Assembly (NCBI GenBank): GCA_020428685.1
Contig: JAGQMJ010000001.1
Span: 1-62,826, forward strand
Origin: Candidatus Kaiserbacteria bacterium
GTDB lineage: Bacteria > Patescibacteriota > Minisyncoccia > Phycocordibacterales > UBA918
Reading direction: 5' to 3'
DNA: 62,826 bases
Shown: piece by piece, positions 41,805 to 51,217 of the stretch
Numbering within the stretch: position 1 is the stretch's first letter
Layout: each line of letters begins with the position of its first letter
Position numbers and translations under genes: made by a program
The notes under the pieces: model-generated
Database searches by the model: none
Told to the model about the DNA's origin: nothing
What the model saw: the letters and a program-made list of their open reading frames with translations, nothing else

Positions 41805-44195
41805 ATGTCCAAATCTACCGAGCCAACACTAGTACTACTCGACGCGCATGCGATTTTGCATCGGGCTTATCATGCGTTGCCAGATTTTGCGTCGCCGACT
41901 GGCGAGCCGACCGGTGCGTTGTACGGTGTGACTACGATGTTGCTGAAGATTATTGAGGACTTTAAGCCGCAGTATATAGCGGCTTGTTATGACTTGCCTG
42001 AACCGACTTATAGACATGAGGCTTATGAGGCTTATAAGGCTGGGCGCTCAAAAACTGATGATGCGCTGGTGCAACAAATAATTCGTTCTCGGGATATTTT
42101 TACCGCTTTTGGAATACCGATTTTTGAGCGCCCGGGCTTTGAAGCAGATGATTTGTTGGGGACGATTGCACACCTTACAGCCGACAATAAAAAACTAAAA
42201 GTAATCATCGCTTCAGGCGATATGGATACTCTGCAGTGTGTAGACAAAAAACGTGTGCAGGTTTTCACACTTAAAAAAGGTATCAAGGATACGATTATTT
42301 ATGATGAAGCAGCGGTAAAATCTCGGTTTGGTTTTGGTCCAAAAATCGTACCTGACTACAAAGGTCTTCGCGGTGACCCGTCAGATAATATTCCAGGGAT
42401 TGTTGGGATTGGTGAAAAAACCGCCACCACACTTCTGACGAATTTTGGTTCATTGGAAAAAATGTATAAGAAGTTAGAAAAGAACGAACAGGCTTTTCTT
42501 GATGTTGGAATCAAGCCGAGGATTATCAATCTTCTAAAGGAAGGGAGAGAGGAGGCGGAGTTTTCAAAAATGTTAGCCACCATTAGAGTTGATGCACTAG
42601 ATAAGTTTGACTTGGATAGTACAGAATGGCGAGAGCATTCCGGAGTAGAAAACATAATAAACCTTTTTAGCGAGTTTGGTTTTCGTAATATGTCAGACAG
42701 GATTAAGCGTTTGTTTGATGTCGAGCTTGAAGATGAGGTGGTGACAGAAAATATCTCACCTGAAGAATTACAAGAAGCAGCTATTTTATTGTGGCTACTG
42801 GAAAGCGAAAGGACAAATGCGTCATATGACGATGTTGTTGAATACGGGCGCTCTTTCCTGAAGACAAATTCTTGGCAAGAAACAATCGAAGCTCTAAAAA
42901 CAAAGTTAAAGGCAGATAAGTTGTGGTCTATTTTTGAGGAAATAGAAAAACCGTTGATTGAAGTAATTGCCGACATGAAGAGAAGCGGTATTACTCTCGA
43001 TGTAAATTATTTAAAGAAGCTGTCTAAAAAATTTCATACTGAGCTAACAGAGCTAGAGCAAAAAATATACAAACAAGCTGGTGAAGAGTTTAATATAAAT
43101 TCACCGAAGCAGATGGGGGAGATTTTGTTTGATAAATTAGGCTTGAAACCAAAGAATGCAAAAAAGACAGCAGGTGGTCAACGTTCTACAAAAGAATCTG
43201 AGTTGGAAAAATTACGTTCCGAACACAATATTATTTCTGATATTTTACGATATCGTGAGTTGCAAAAACTGGTTTCAACTTACGTAGATAATCTGCCTGA
43301 AATGGTTGAGTCGGATGGAAAATTGCGCTCGACTTTTCTTCAGACTGGTACCACTACAGGTCGTATGTCTAGTAAGGATCCAAATCTACAAAATATCCCC
43401 GCTCGCTCCGAAGAAGGGAGGGCTATCCGTAAAGCTTTTGTGGCAGAAGATGGTTATAGTTTGGTGGCAATTGATTATTCTCAGATTGAATTACGGATTG
43501 CGGCCATCTTGTCGGGTGATGCAAATCTAGTAGACATCTTTAAGAGAGGGGAGGATGTCCATAAAGGAGTAGCGCTAAGAGTATTTGGGGTAAATGAAGA
43601 AGATGTGACCGAGAATATGCGACGACAAGCTAAGGTAATCAACTTTGGAATCTTGTACGGTATGGGTGTAAACGCATTGCGGCAAAATCTAGGAGAGGAT
43701 ACCACGAGAGCAGCCGCCCAAGAATTCTTAAATGCTTACTTCAATACTTTTACTAGATTGGCTGAGTATCTTGAGGAGACAAAAACTTTTGCCCGAGAAC
43801 ATGGTTATACAGAAACTCTATTTGGTCGCCGTCGGCATTTCCCGGGGATTATTTCTAGCGTTCCGTTCATTAGAGCGCAGGCAGAAAGAATGGCGATTAA
43901 TGCCCCGATACAAGGTTCTCAGTCAGATATTATTCGCATTGCAATGGTGAGAATTCATAACTATATTAAAGAGCTTGGGTTAGAGAAAGATGTCAGGATG
44001 TTGCTGCAGGTTCATGATGAATTGATTTTTGAAGTTAAGAATGAAAAAGTTGTGGCGGTCGTGCCAACTCTAATGAACTTAATGACAAAAGTGGTTGATG
44101 AGAAAAAGACCAAAGGGGTGCCAATACTAGCTGAGATAAAGATTGGTCAAAATTGGGAGGAGATGGAAAAGAAGCGTGTAGAAGATTTAGTTTAA
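41805..44195 (+). CDS. polA: DNA polymerase I (5'-3' exonuclease + polymerase; proofreading motifs not evident)
   Basis: ATG at 41805 (the track start is a GTG). N-terminal FEN domain (LLDAHAILHRAYHA, GDPSDNIPG). Pol motif A is DYSQIELR, motif B is RRQAKVINFGILYG, and motif C is QVHDE. Confidence 0.9.
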   Translation: MSKSTEPTLVLLDAHAILHRAYHALPDFASPTGEPTGALYGVTTMLLKIIEDFKPQYIAACYDLPEPTYRHEAYEAYKAGRSKTDDALVQQIIRSRDIFTAFGIPIFERPGFEADDLLGTIAHLTADNKKLKVIIASGDMDTLQCVDKKRVQVFTLKKGIKDTIIYDEAAVKSRFGFGPKIVPDYKGLRGDPSDNIPGIVGIGEKTATTLLTNFGSLEKMYKKLEKNEQAFLDVGIKPRIINLLKEGREEAEFSKMLATIRVDALDKFDLDSTEWREHSGVENIINLFSEFGFRNMSDRIKRLFDVELEDEVVTENISPEELQEAAILLWLLESERTNASYDDVVEYGRSFLKTNSWQETIEALKTKLKADKLWSIFEEIEKPLIEVIADMKRSGITLDVNYLKKLSKKFHTELTELEQKIYKQAGEEFNINSPKQMGEILFDKLGLKPKNAKKTAGGQRSTKESELEKLRSEHNIISDILRYRELQKLVSTYVDNLPEMVESDGKLRSTFLQTGTTTGRMSSKDPNLQNIPARSEEGRAIRKAFVAEDGYSLVAIDYSQIELRIAAILSGDANLVDIFKRGEDVHKGVALRVFGVNEEDVTENMRRQAKVINFGILYGMGVNALRQNLGEDTTRAAAQEFLNAYFNTFTRLAEYLEETKTFAREHGYTETLFGRRRHFPGIISSVPFIRAQAERMAINAPIQGSQSDIIRIAMVRIHNYIKELGLEKDVRMLLQVHDELIFEVKNEKVVAVVPTLMNLMTKVVDEKKTKGVPILAEIKIGQNWEEMEKKRVEDLV

Positions 44196-44200
44196 TTATT

Positions 44201-44902
44201 ATGTACGTTGTTTACTTTGGAACTGACAGAAAAGCGGTGCGAGATGCCGCCACAAAATACATAGACGAAAACATGCCAGCTGGGGGGCAGCTGACAACTA
44301 TTGATGAAAACTCTTTTCAGATTGGACAGGTGGCGGATGCGCTTGGTGCCACATCATTATTTGGTGGCGAAGAATGGTTTGTGTTTGATATCCCATCAAA
44401 CAACCCGGATTTTCTAGAAGAGGTTATCGCATCTTTGTCAGACATGAAAGAGTCAAGTAATAATTTTATTATTCTTGAAAATGCACTTCTTGCGCCAGCA
44501 AAAAAAACTTACAGTAAGTTTGCAGACTCTGTCGCAGAGTTTGCGGCAAAGAAGAGTGGTAGTTTTAATATTTTTTCTCTGACAGAAGCTTTGGCTGGTA
44601 AAGATAAAAGAAAGCTGTGGCTTTTGCTACAAGAAGCTAGATTAAATGGCTTAAGGGATGAAGAGATTATTGGGGTTTTGTGGTGGCAGTTAAAGACATT
44701 GCGTTTAGCAGCTTTAACTAAAAATTCTAGTGAGGCTGGAATGAAAGATTTTCCATACAATAAAGCCAAGCGCTCGCTGTCGATTTTCAAAGAGGGTGAG
44801 GTGACCAGGTTATCGCAGACACTGCTGGAGCTTTATCATGATGGGCATGGGGGAGTGAGAGATATGGATACAGCTTTGGAAAAGTGGGTGTTGGAAATAT
44901 AG
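44201..44902 (+). CDS. holA: Probable DNA polymerase III delta subunit (HolA-like)
   Basis: ATG at 44201 (MYVVYFGTD...). Its size, position after polA and general pattern (SLFGGEEWFVF, WWQLKTLRL) fit HolA, but the similarity is weak. Confidence 0.35.
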   Translation: MYVVYFGTDRKAVRDAATKYIDENMPAGGQLTTIDENSFQIGQVADALGATSLFGGEEWFVFDIPSNNPDFLEEVIASLSDMKESSNNFIILENALLAPAKKTYSKFADSVAEFAAKKSGSFNIFSLTEALAGKDKRKLWLLLQEARLNGLRDEEIIGVLWWQLKTLRLAALTKNSSEAGMKDFPYNKAKRSLSIFKEGEVTRLSQTLLELYHDGHGGVRDMDTALEKWVLEI

Positions 44903-44920
44903 AGGTGGTATAGTTGCTTT

Positions 44921-45619
44921 ATGAAAGCATTTCTAAACAAAGTTTTTCTTGAAACAAATTCATTGGCGTCTTTCAAGGTAAACAACTTTTTTGCTTTTTT
45001 GACACTGGTATCAATCCTTAGTTTGGTCCTGGAAACAGTAGAGAGTCTATCTCCTTACGGAAAAATATTTTTAATTGTTGAGTGGGTATCAGTAATTCTT
45101 TTTAGTTTTGAATATTTAGGAAGACTTATAGTCAGTAATCCGAAACTAAAGTATTCACTTAGCTTTTTTGGAATTATAGATTTGGTGGCGATTTTGCCAA
45201 CTTTCTTTGGTCTAGGTAATTTCACTTTCTTGAAGTCAGCTCGAGCCTTGAGAATTATTAGGATGTTGAGAATGTTGCGTTTAGCAAAACTTGGTCGTGG
45301 TGGATTAACTCAAGATGAAAATTCTAGTGTGTTGTCGCTAAACATTTTGATTTATTTTTCAACACTTATCTTCGCGCTTTTGATAACCGGTACGGCAATG
45401 TATTTGGTCGAGCCAGATTTGTCGGCTTTCTCCAGTATTCCGTCAGGAATGTGGTGGTCTTTGAAGGTGTTTATGGCAGGAGTGCCGGTTGTGGTACCAG
45501 AAACGGAATTGGGCGAAGTGTTTTTTGTCCTCACTAGATTCATCGGACTACTTCTTCTTGGTTTGTTGGTTGGGGTTGTTGGAAATGTTTTTCGAGCAAT
45601 GTTGGGAGGGGGGAAGTAG
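44921..45619 (+). CDS. Voltage-sensor-containing 6-TM ion-channel protein with a non-canonical pore filter
   Basis: The S4 segment SARALRIIRMLRMLRLAKLGR has Arg at every third position. The pore region SIPSGMWWSLKVFMAGVPVVVPE occupies the place where K+ channels carry T(V/I)GYGD. Confidence 0.6.
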   Translation: MKAFLNKVFLETNSLASFKVNNFFAFLTLVSILSLVLETVESLSPYGKIFLIVEWVSVILFSFEYLGRLIVSNPKLKYSLSFFGIIDLVAILPTFFGLGNFTFLKSARALRIIRMLRMLRLAKLGRGGLTQDENSSVLSLNILIYFSTLIFALLITGTAMYLVEPDLSAFSSIPSGMWWSLKVFMAGVPVVVPETELGEVFFVLTRFIGLLLLGLLVGVVGNVFRAMLGGGK

Positions 45620-45663
45620 GTTTTTTAGGATCATCGCCGCTCGTGACACTAGTCACGGGCTAG

Positions 45664-45695
45664 AAAAAGCACCAGTCATATGACTGGTGCTTTTT
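45664..45695. terminator. Bidirectional intrinsic terminator
   Basis: AAAAAGCACCAGTCA-TA-TGACTGGTGCTTTTT. Confidence 0.85.
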
Positions 45696-45701
45696 ATGCG
45701 C

Positions 45702-45777
45702 TGGTCCGCCCACCAGGGATCGAACCTGGGACCATCAGCTTAAAAGGCTGCCGCTCTACCGGCTGAGCTATGGGCGG
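45702..45777 (-). tRNA. tRNA-Lys (anticodon UUU), CCA encoded
   Basis: Hand-folded cloverleaf. The acceptor is CCGCCCA/TGGGCGG and the anticodon loop is CTTTTAA. The T arm is CCAGG-TTCGATC-CCTGG. The C1:G72 pair is unusual. Confidence 0.85.
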
Positions 45778-45887
45778 TTTATTTGCCTAATTGCAAAGTG
45801 GAAAAACTATAACATGAGGAGATATAAAATCAAATACTAGCCTTTCTTTTGTAGCTATCTATACCAACGTTTGGTAATCTGGTCTAC

Positions 45888-46352
45888 ATGAAGTATCTAA
45901 TACTAGAAAATATCAGAAGTGCCTACAATGTCGGAGCAATATTCCGTACTGCAGATGGGGCGGGAGTAGAAAAGATATTTTTAGTTGGCTATACACCTGA
46001 TCCGATTGATAGGTTTGGACGCACTCAAGCTGAGATTAAAAAGACCTCGCTTGGCGCCAGTGAAGAAATTGAGTGGGAACATAGAGATGATTCACAGAGT
46101 TTGATTGATGAGTTAAAGAAAGAAGGGTTTGTTACGGTAGCGGTCGAGCTGGGTAAAGATTCTATTTCTTTAGCGGATTTTACTTTGCCAGAAAAAGTAG
46201 CTTATATAATGGGAAATGAAGTTAAGGGAGTAGAAGAGAGTACTCTTCAACAGGTGGACAAAAAAGTGGAGATTCCGATGAAAGGAAAGAAAGAGTCCTT
46301 GAATGTGTCCGTAGCGGCTGGGATAATTATGTATCATGGAATATCTGGGTAA
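45888..46352 (+). CDS. SpoU/TrmH-family RNA 2'-O-methyltransferase
   Basis: 154 aa with NVGAIFRTADGAG, MGNEVKGV, and IPMKGKKESLNVSVAAGI (the SPOUT knot motif). Confidence 0.8.
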   Translation: MKYLILENIRSAYNVGAIFRTADGAGVEKIFLVGYTPDPIDRFGRTQAEIKKTSLGASEEIEWEHRDDSQSLIDELKKEGFVTVAVELGKDSISLADFTLPEKVAYIMGNEVKGVEESTLQQVDKKVEIPMKGKKESLNVSVAAGIIMYHGISG

Positions 46353-47832
46353 GTCTATTTGGATTGGTTATGTAGTGGCAGGAACACTTCTTGGGATAGG
46401 TTTTGTTTATCCTGTATTGTGGGTGCTGGGTATAGTCGGAGCTGCTTACTTTCTGTACTTGGTTCAACTTGAACAAACTTTTAAAAAAGCGAGCCTAGGC
46501 GGATGGTTAGTTTTCTCTATAAAAGCCGCGGCACCAATGTTGTGGATTTGGTCCACTTACCCAATAGATTGGTTGCCGGTCGAGCTGGGAAAGATTGAGG
46601 TTCCTTTAATTTTTGTTTACTGGCTCACTTCATCTTTATGGATTGGTGTTGGCGGAATTGTAATCGTGGCCCTGATCAGGTTATTTAAAGAGTATGTTTT
46701 TAGAAAAACACTCTTGGCATTATTGTTGCCAGCGATTTGGATTGCTGGGGAAGTGGTCGGCTCGATAGCTTTTTCAATTATGACCTTGGGGCCTGGAAGT
46801 GAAGTGAGTGCAAAACTAAGTTTTGGTTATGTTGGGTTCTTGTTGGTAGAAAATGACTTATTGCTTAATGCGGCCGGTTTGGCTGGAGTTTATAGTTTGA
46901 GCTTTTTATTTGTGTTGTTGGCGATAGGTTTATTATTGCTGATTAAAAAACTGCCAAGTAATTATCGGTACTTATCGCTTGGATTTTTATTGTTATTGAT
47001 AGTTCCGTTTAGTTCGCAAGACTCGTCTTTCCAAGTGGAGGGAGAGAGTGCTTATGAGATAGCTGTAATAGAAACTAATTTTCCTACTAAGTTGCTGCGG
47101 AGTGCTGACGGGGTGTCTGATATTAGCAGTAGCTTGGCTGAAGCGATGAGTGTTTCTTTAGAATATGGTCCTGATTATGTCTTACTGCCCGAAGATTCAA
47201 GGTTTTTTAATCAAGAGAAAGGAAATGGTTTCGTTCAGTCGTTTTTTAAGTTTCAGTATGGTGACCCGAGCGCTGTGATTGTTGATAGTGGTCGAGTAGA
47301 GATTGATGACAGTGTCTATCTGCAAGCGTTTGTTTATGATGGTTTAAACAAAGAAGCCGAAACTTTTCAAAAGAATTATCTTGCCCCACAAGGCGAATAC
47401 GTTCCATATTTATACGCTGGCGCATTTTACTTGTTTGGTTTTGGTGACGTGATTGATGGGGTTGCAAAAGATGTGGCGTACAAGATGGGTGTTGATTCAA
47501 AACAGTCTGACCTAGGTGTGTCCTTACCAGGAGTATTGTTTTGTTTTGAAAGTGTTGACCCTGCTGGGGTGCGCAGGTTGGTTGGTGAAAGGCCGGATTT
47601 GCCATTTGTGGCACATCCGGTTTCCCATGCTTGGTTTCATGAGCCTGAGGTTTTATGGCATCAACTCGATGTGATGTTGCGGGTGCAGGCTGTCTGGAAT
47701 AAAAAATACATTGTCAGCGCTAGTAGTCATGCTGAAAGTAAAACTTACACTCCGTCTGGTAAAATTGTTGTGTCTGATATTGTGGCGGAAGGGGAGTATT
47801 GGAAGGTGAGAGTGGTAAAGATTCCAAAATAA
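46336..47832 (+). CDS. lnt: Apolipoprotein N-acyltransferase-like protein (Lnt family)
   Basis: About 7 N-terminal TM helices plus a C-terminal CN-hydrolase-like domain. E/K/C triad candidates are VLLPEDS, KNYLAPQGEYVPY and VLFCFES. Confidence 0.55.
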   Translation: MEYLGKSIWIGYVVAGTLLGIGFVYPVLWVLGIVGAAYFLYLVQLEQTFKKASLGGWLVFSIKAAAPMLWIWSTYPIDWLPVELGKIEVPLIFVYWLTSSLWIGVGGIVIVALIRLFKEYVFRKTLLALLLPAIWIAGEVVGSIAFSIMTLGPGSEVSAKLSFGYVGFLLVENDLLLNAAGLAGVYSLSFLFVLLAIGLLLLIKKLPSNYRYLSLGFLLLLIVPFSSQDSSFQVEGESAYEIAVIETNFPTKLLRSADGVSDISSSLAEAMSVSLEYGPDYVLLPEDSRFFNQEKGNGFVQSFFKFQYGDPSAVIVDSGRVEIDDSVYLQAFVYDGLNKEAETFQKNYLAPQGEYVPYLYAGAFYLFGFGDVIDGVAKDVAYKMGVDSKQSDLGVSLPGVLFCFESVDPAGVRRLVGERPDLPFVAHPVSHAWFHEPEVLWHQLDVMLRVQAVWNKKYIVSASSHAESKTYTPSGKIVVSDIVAEGEYWKVRVVKIPK

Positions 47833-47834
47833 AT

Positions 47835-48824
47835 ATGAATACTTACATAACAAATAAAGTAGTTAGTTTTCTTGGAGTTGTTCTTTGTATTGCTCTCACT
47901 TTTATTTTTCTCGGAAATTCGATGGAGCAGTGGCAAGCGATACTGCTTTCAATAATAATCTTTGGTTACTCACATTTTTTTCTCGGTTTTCTATATCAAA
48001 TCAAATCTTTTTTTAGAAAACCAAACCCGTGGCAGTACATGATTACTTTTTCTGTACTCACTATTTTTTCTGTAGCACTAGCGTTTTTTATATTTAAATA
48101 TTTAGGTTTTGTGCCAGCTCTACTGATTGGTTTCTTATACTTTTTATTTCATGGGTTACTAAATGAACAGACGTTAATTCTGAGGCAAACAGGAATAAAA
48201 GTCCCGCTTATATTTATTGTCTCTTTAGGTGTTTTTGTGATGACGCTTCTGACCTATTCAATACCGGATCAAACATTCTTTTTTGATAGATACCTACAGT
48301 TTGAAAAACTCAATGATTTCTTGGTCACTTACATGTTCAATAACTTCTATCTGAACATTGTTTACTTCAAACCTGTTTTTGTTGTTGGTTGTGTATTGAG
48401 CGGTTTAGTTTTACTTTTTGCTTGGCTGAAGTATGGGTTTGGAAAGTTGGCGTCTTTTTTAGCAGTAACATTTTCTGTTATTGCGGTTTTGGTTTTTGTG
48501 TTTGGTCCACCAGCTTACATATATATGTATCTGATTGTGGTGGGGTATCACTTCATGACATGGCTTTTGTTTTATCTGGTGGAAAAGAAAAAGTTGGGGC
48601 GGGAGGAATATAGAAAATTCATCAAGCAAAATGTGTTGATGGTTTTGCCGCTCCTTGTACTAGCTTATCTGTTTTTTCAACCAAATCCTCCAAGTATAGT
48701 TTCTGCAGTTTTTGATTATCAGCTATTTGCCATCCTGACTTACGTGCATATATCAACGTCGTTTATGAATGATGCTTGGTTGCAGAGAATCCAAACTAGA
48801 TTCTTTGATTGGATAGCTAGATAG
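47835..48824 (+). CDS. Polytopic membrane protein, family unknown
   Basis: ATG at 47835, about 9 TM helices, F/L/Y-rich. Confidence 0.55.
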   Translation: MNTYITNKVVSFLGVVLCIALTFIFLGNSMEQWQAILLSIIIFGYSHFFLGFLYQIKSFFRKPNPWQYMITFSVLTIFSVALAFFIFKYLGFVPALLIGFLYFLFHGLLNEQTLILRQTGIKVPLIFIVSLGVFVMTLLTYSIPDQTFFFDRYLQFEKLNDFLVTYMFNNFYLNIVYFKPVFVVGCVLSGLVLLFAWLKYGFGKLASFLAVTFSVIAVLVFVFGPPAYIYMYLIVVGYHFMTWLLFYLVEKKKLGREEYRKFIKQNVLMVLPLLVLAYLFFQPNPPSIVSAVFDYQLFAILTYVHISTSFMNDAWLQRIQTRFFDWIAR

Positions 48825-50088
48825 TCTTTAGTATTTCTTTCACTACTTCAGCGTCGCTCCAAGGAGTTTTGGTTCCGTTTGGACCCATGATGTACGGGTC
48901 GGTCCCTTTGCCAGAAATCAACACGTAACTATTTGTAGGGGCTGATTGAATAGCTTGGCGAATGGCTTCTTTTCTGTCCATGATTGTTTGGGCTGGGGCA
49001 TCTTCGCTCATTCCTCGTCTCATGTCGTCAACGATTTTATCAGGAGATTCATCGTAAGGATCTTCGTTGGTCAAAATAATCTGGTTGCAAAACTTTTCCG
49101 CTATCGCACCCATCTCTGGTCTTTTCCATGTGTCTCGACCGCCGCCGGTGTTACCAAGAACGCACACCTTATGTTTATCAGGAAAAGCTTCATAAAGCTT
49201 GGTTAATGAGTCTGGTGTGTGGGCGTAATCAACTACAGCTGTGATATGTTTGGATGCATCAGGGCCTGATTCGAAGTGCTCAACTCTACCTTTGATAGCT
49301 GGTAAGTCACGTAAGCTGCTTGTGATACTTTCAAGAGACACACCGAGTGCTCGGGCTAGAGTGATTGCCCCTAGGGTATTGTAGACATTAAAGATGCCCA
49401 CCAGCGGAACCCGTATGGTGTTATCTTTAAAGACTAGGCTGACGCTATCTTTGTGTAATGAATAGAGAGTAAGGTCTTTAAGGGAATAGGGAAGATTGTT
49501 TTCGACTGGAAATTTTAAAAAATCAGCCCCGTGTTCATCATCTATATTTGAAACAATAAAACGTGGCCTCTTTGCGGATTCGGATACAGCCTCGGCAATC
49601 GAAAGTTTGGCTTGTTTGTATTTTTCAAACGAACCGTGTGACTCAATATGTTCTGGGGTTAGATTAGTAAAAATCAGGGCATCAATGTCTAAGAATTTAT
49701 GACGAAATTGCTTGGCCCCTTCAGATGTCATCTCAACAATAGCGTGCGTACAGCCAGCATCGACCGCTTCACGAAGAAATTTTTGTACAAAAAATCTGCC
49801 CGGCATTGTCATTTTGAATAGGTTTGGTTCGGTGTGGCCGTCGATAGAGAATTGAATAGTGGATAGGGATGCGACTTTTTTGCCGTCACCACGAAGAATA
49901 TTGGCTAATATTTCGGTAGTTGAAGACTTGCCCTTAGTACCAGTTATCCCGATGAGGGTGATTTCTTTCGACGGGTGCTTATATTTAACTGCCCCCCAGT
50001 ACGCTAAAAGAAAGTGATAATAAGGCTGAAAAAAACGATAAAGTGACTTCGGTATAACTCTTTTGATAGTTTCTCTGATTGCTTCCAT
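48817..50088 (-). CDS. murE: Mur-ligase family protein (MurE-like, lacking the usual N-terminal domain)
   Basis: GITGTKGKSST P-loop with central and C-terminal Mur ligase domains. The segment LTNEDPYDESP replaces the DNPR motif of DAP-adding MurE. Confidence 0.6.
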   Translation of the reverse strand: MEAIRETIKRVIPKSLYRFFQPYYHFLLAYWGAVKYKHPSKEITLIGITGTKGKSSTTEILANILRGDGKKVASLSTIQFSIDGHTEPNLFKMTMPGRFFVQKFLREAVDAGCTHAIVEMTSEGAKQFRHKFLDIDALIFTNLTPEHIESHGSFEKYKQAKLSIAEAVSESAKRPRFIVSNIDDEHGADFLKFPVENNLPYSLKDLTLYSLHKDSVSLVFKDNTIRVPLVGIFNVYNTLGAITLARALGVSLESITSSLRDLPAIKGRVEHFESGPDASKHITAVVDYAHTPDSLTKLYEAFPDKHKVCVLGNTGGGRDTWKRPEMGAIAEKFCNQIILTNEDPYDESPDKIVDDMRRGMSEDAPAQTIMDRKEAIRQAIQSAPTNSYVLISGKGTDPYIMGPNGTKTPWSDAEVVKEILKTI

Positions 50089-50163
50089 TCAATCAGTATA
50101 CGATGCTTTTTTTAGTATCGCACGTGACTATTAAAACTAACTATTGTGTATAGACGGAGGTTA

Positions 50164-50194
50164 GAAAAGCGTGGCCCGAAGGGCCGCGCTTTTC
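50164..50194. terminator. Intrinsic terminator downstream of ruvA (minus strand), between ruvA and the MurE-like gene
   Basis: GAAAAGCGTGGCCC-GAA-GGGCCGCGCTTTTC. Confidence 0.8.
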
Positions 50195-50204
50195 TGTACA
50201 TAGA

Positions 50205-50780
50205 TTATTTAATCTCTTTCAAGGCTTGGGTCACCAAAGAATTGACGGTAGATTCTTCAGACTGAAGCTTGGCGATAGTGTCTCTTGCTGTCGCATTGTC
50301 ATATCCTAGTGCTATCAAAGCGTCGATAGCATCTGTTTGAATTTGTGTCAGCGAGTCATTCCTGCTGTCAAAGTTTTCTGGCAAATGATCGACTTTGCCA
50401 TGTAAGAATTGGACGATGTTCTCGGCGGTTTTTTTACCAATCCCGGAAAGTTTGTGTAAATAAACCCCATCTTTCTTTCCGATTGCTTCTACTAGGAGGG
50501 TGGGAGTAGCTAGATTCAATATCTGCATAGCTGACTTAGGGCCAATTTTTGGAATACCGAGCAGTGACTCAAACATATCCAGTTCTGACTTGCTGGTAAA
50601 ACCATAAAGGTCTAAAGCTGTCTCTCTAACAGCTAGGTAAGTAAAAAGAGTGATTCTACTATCAGGAATAAAGGTGGTGGTTTTGGTGGAGCAGCTAACC
50701 AAATAGCCAATATCCTGAACATTTATAATAATCCAGCCTTCTCCAACTTCAGTGATCAGTCCTGTTAAAGTTCGTATCAT
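50205..50780 (-). CDS. ruvA: Holliday junction DNA helicase subunit RuvA
   Basis: MIRTLTGLI...GYLV OB fold, and HhH motifs (LLGIPKIGPKSA, LSGIGKKTAENI). Confidence 0.9.
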   Translation of the reverse strand: MIRTLTGLITEVGEGWIIINVQDIGYLVSCSTKTTTFIPDSRITLFTYLAVRETALDLYGFTSKSELDMFESLLGIPKIGPKSAMQILNLATPTLLVEAIGKKDGVYLHKLSGIGKKTAENIVQFLHGKVDHLPENFDSRNDSLTQIQTDAIDALIALGYDNATARDTIAKLQSEESTVNSLVTQALKEIK

Positions 50781-50875
50781 ATTAGTTTTATTGTACTAAA
50801 GGTAACATAAAGCTGAAACCCCTTGCCTTTTTGAGCTTGCTGGGGTACAGTAGGCGAACTTTATAGAAGAAATAT

Positions 50876-51139
50876 ATGCCAATTACAAAAGGAGCAGAAA
50901 AAGCCCACCGACAATCAGAGCGAAAGCGTGTCTTCAATGTACGACGCAAGACCGCAATGAAAGACGTGGTTAAACAAGTACAGAAGGCTGTAGTAGGAGG
51001 TGATGCTGCAAAAGCAAAAGAACTTCTACCACTAGCTTATAAAGCTATTGATAAAGCAGCAAAGCGAGGTGTTATCAAAGACAACACTGCAGCTCGAAAG
51101 AAGTCACGATTGACTGCAAAAGTTAAGTCAGCTAAATAA
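50876..51139 (+). CDS. rpsT: 30S ribosomal protein S20
   Basis: 87 aa, MPITKGAEKAHRQSERKRVFNVRRK..., basic and helical. Confidence 0.9.
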   Translation: MPITKGAEKAHRQSERKRVFNVRRKTAMKDVVKQVQKAVVGGDAAKAKELLPLAYKAIDKAAKRGVIKDNTAARKKSRLTAKVKSAK

Positions 51140-51144
51140 TTTAT

Positions 51145-51173
51145 AAAACACCGAAGCGAAAGCCCGGTGTTTT
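51145..51173 (+). terminator. rpsT intrinsic terminator
   Basis: AAAACACCG-loop-CGGTGTTTT. Confidence 0.7.
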
Positions 51174-51182
51174 ATTATGTCT

Positions 51183-51215
51183 TTACTAATATACCCCCAT
51201 GGGGTATATTAGTAA
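51183..51215. promoter_or_regulatory. Perfect 15-bp-arm palindrome abutting the efflux operon start codon
   Basis: TTACTAATATACCCC-CAT-GGGGTATATTAGTAA. It ends 2 nt before the ATG at 51218. Confidence 0.5.
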
Positions 51216-51217
51216 CC

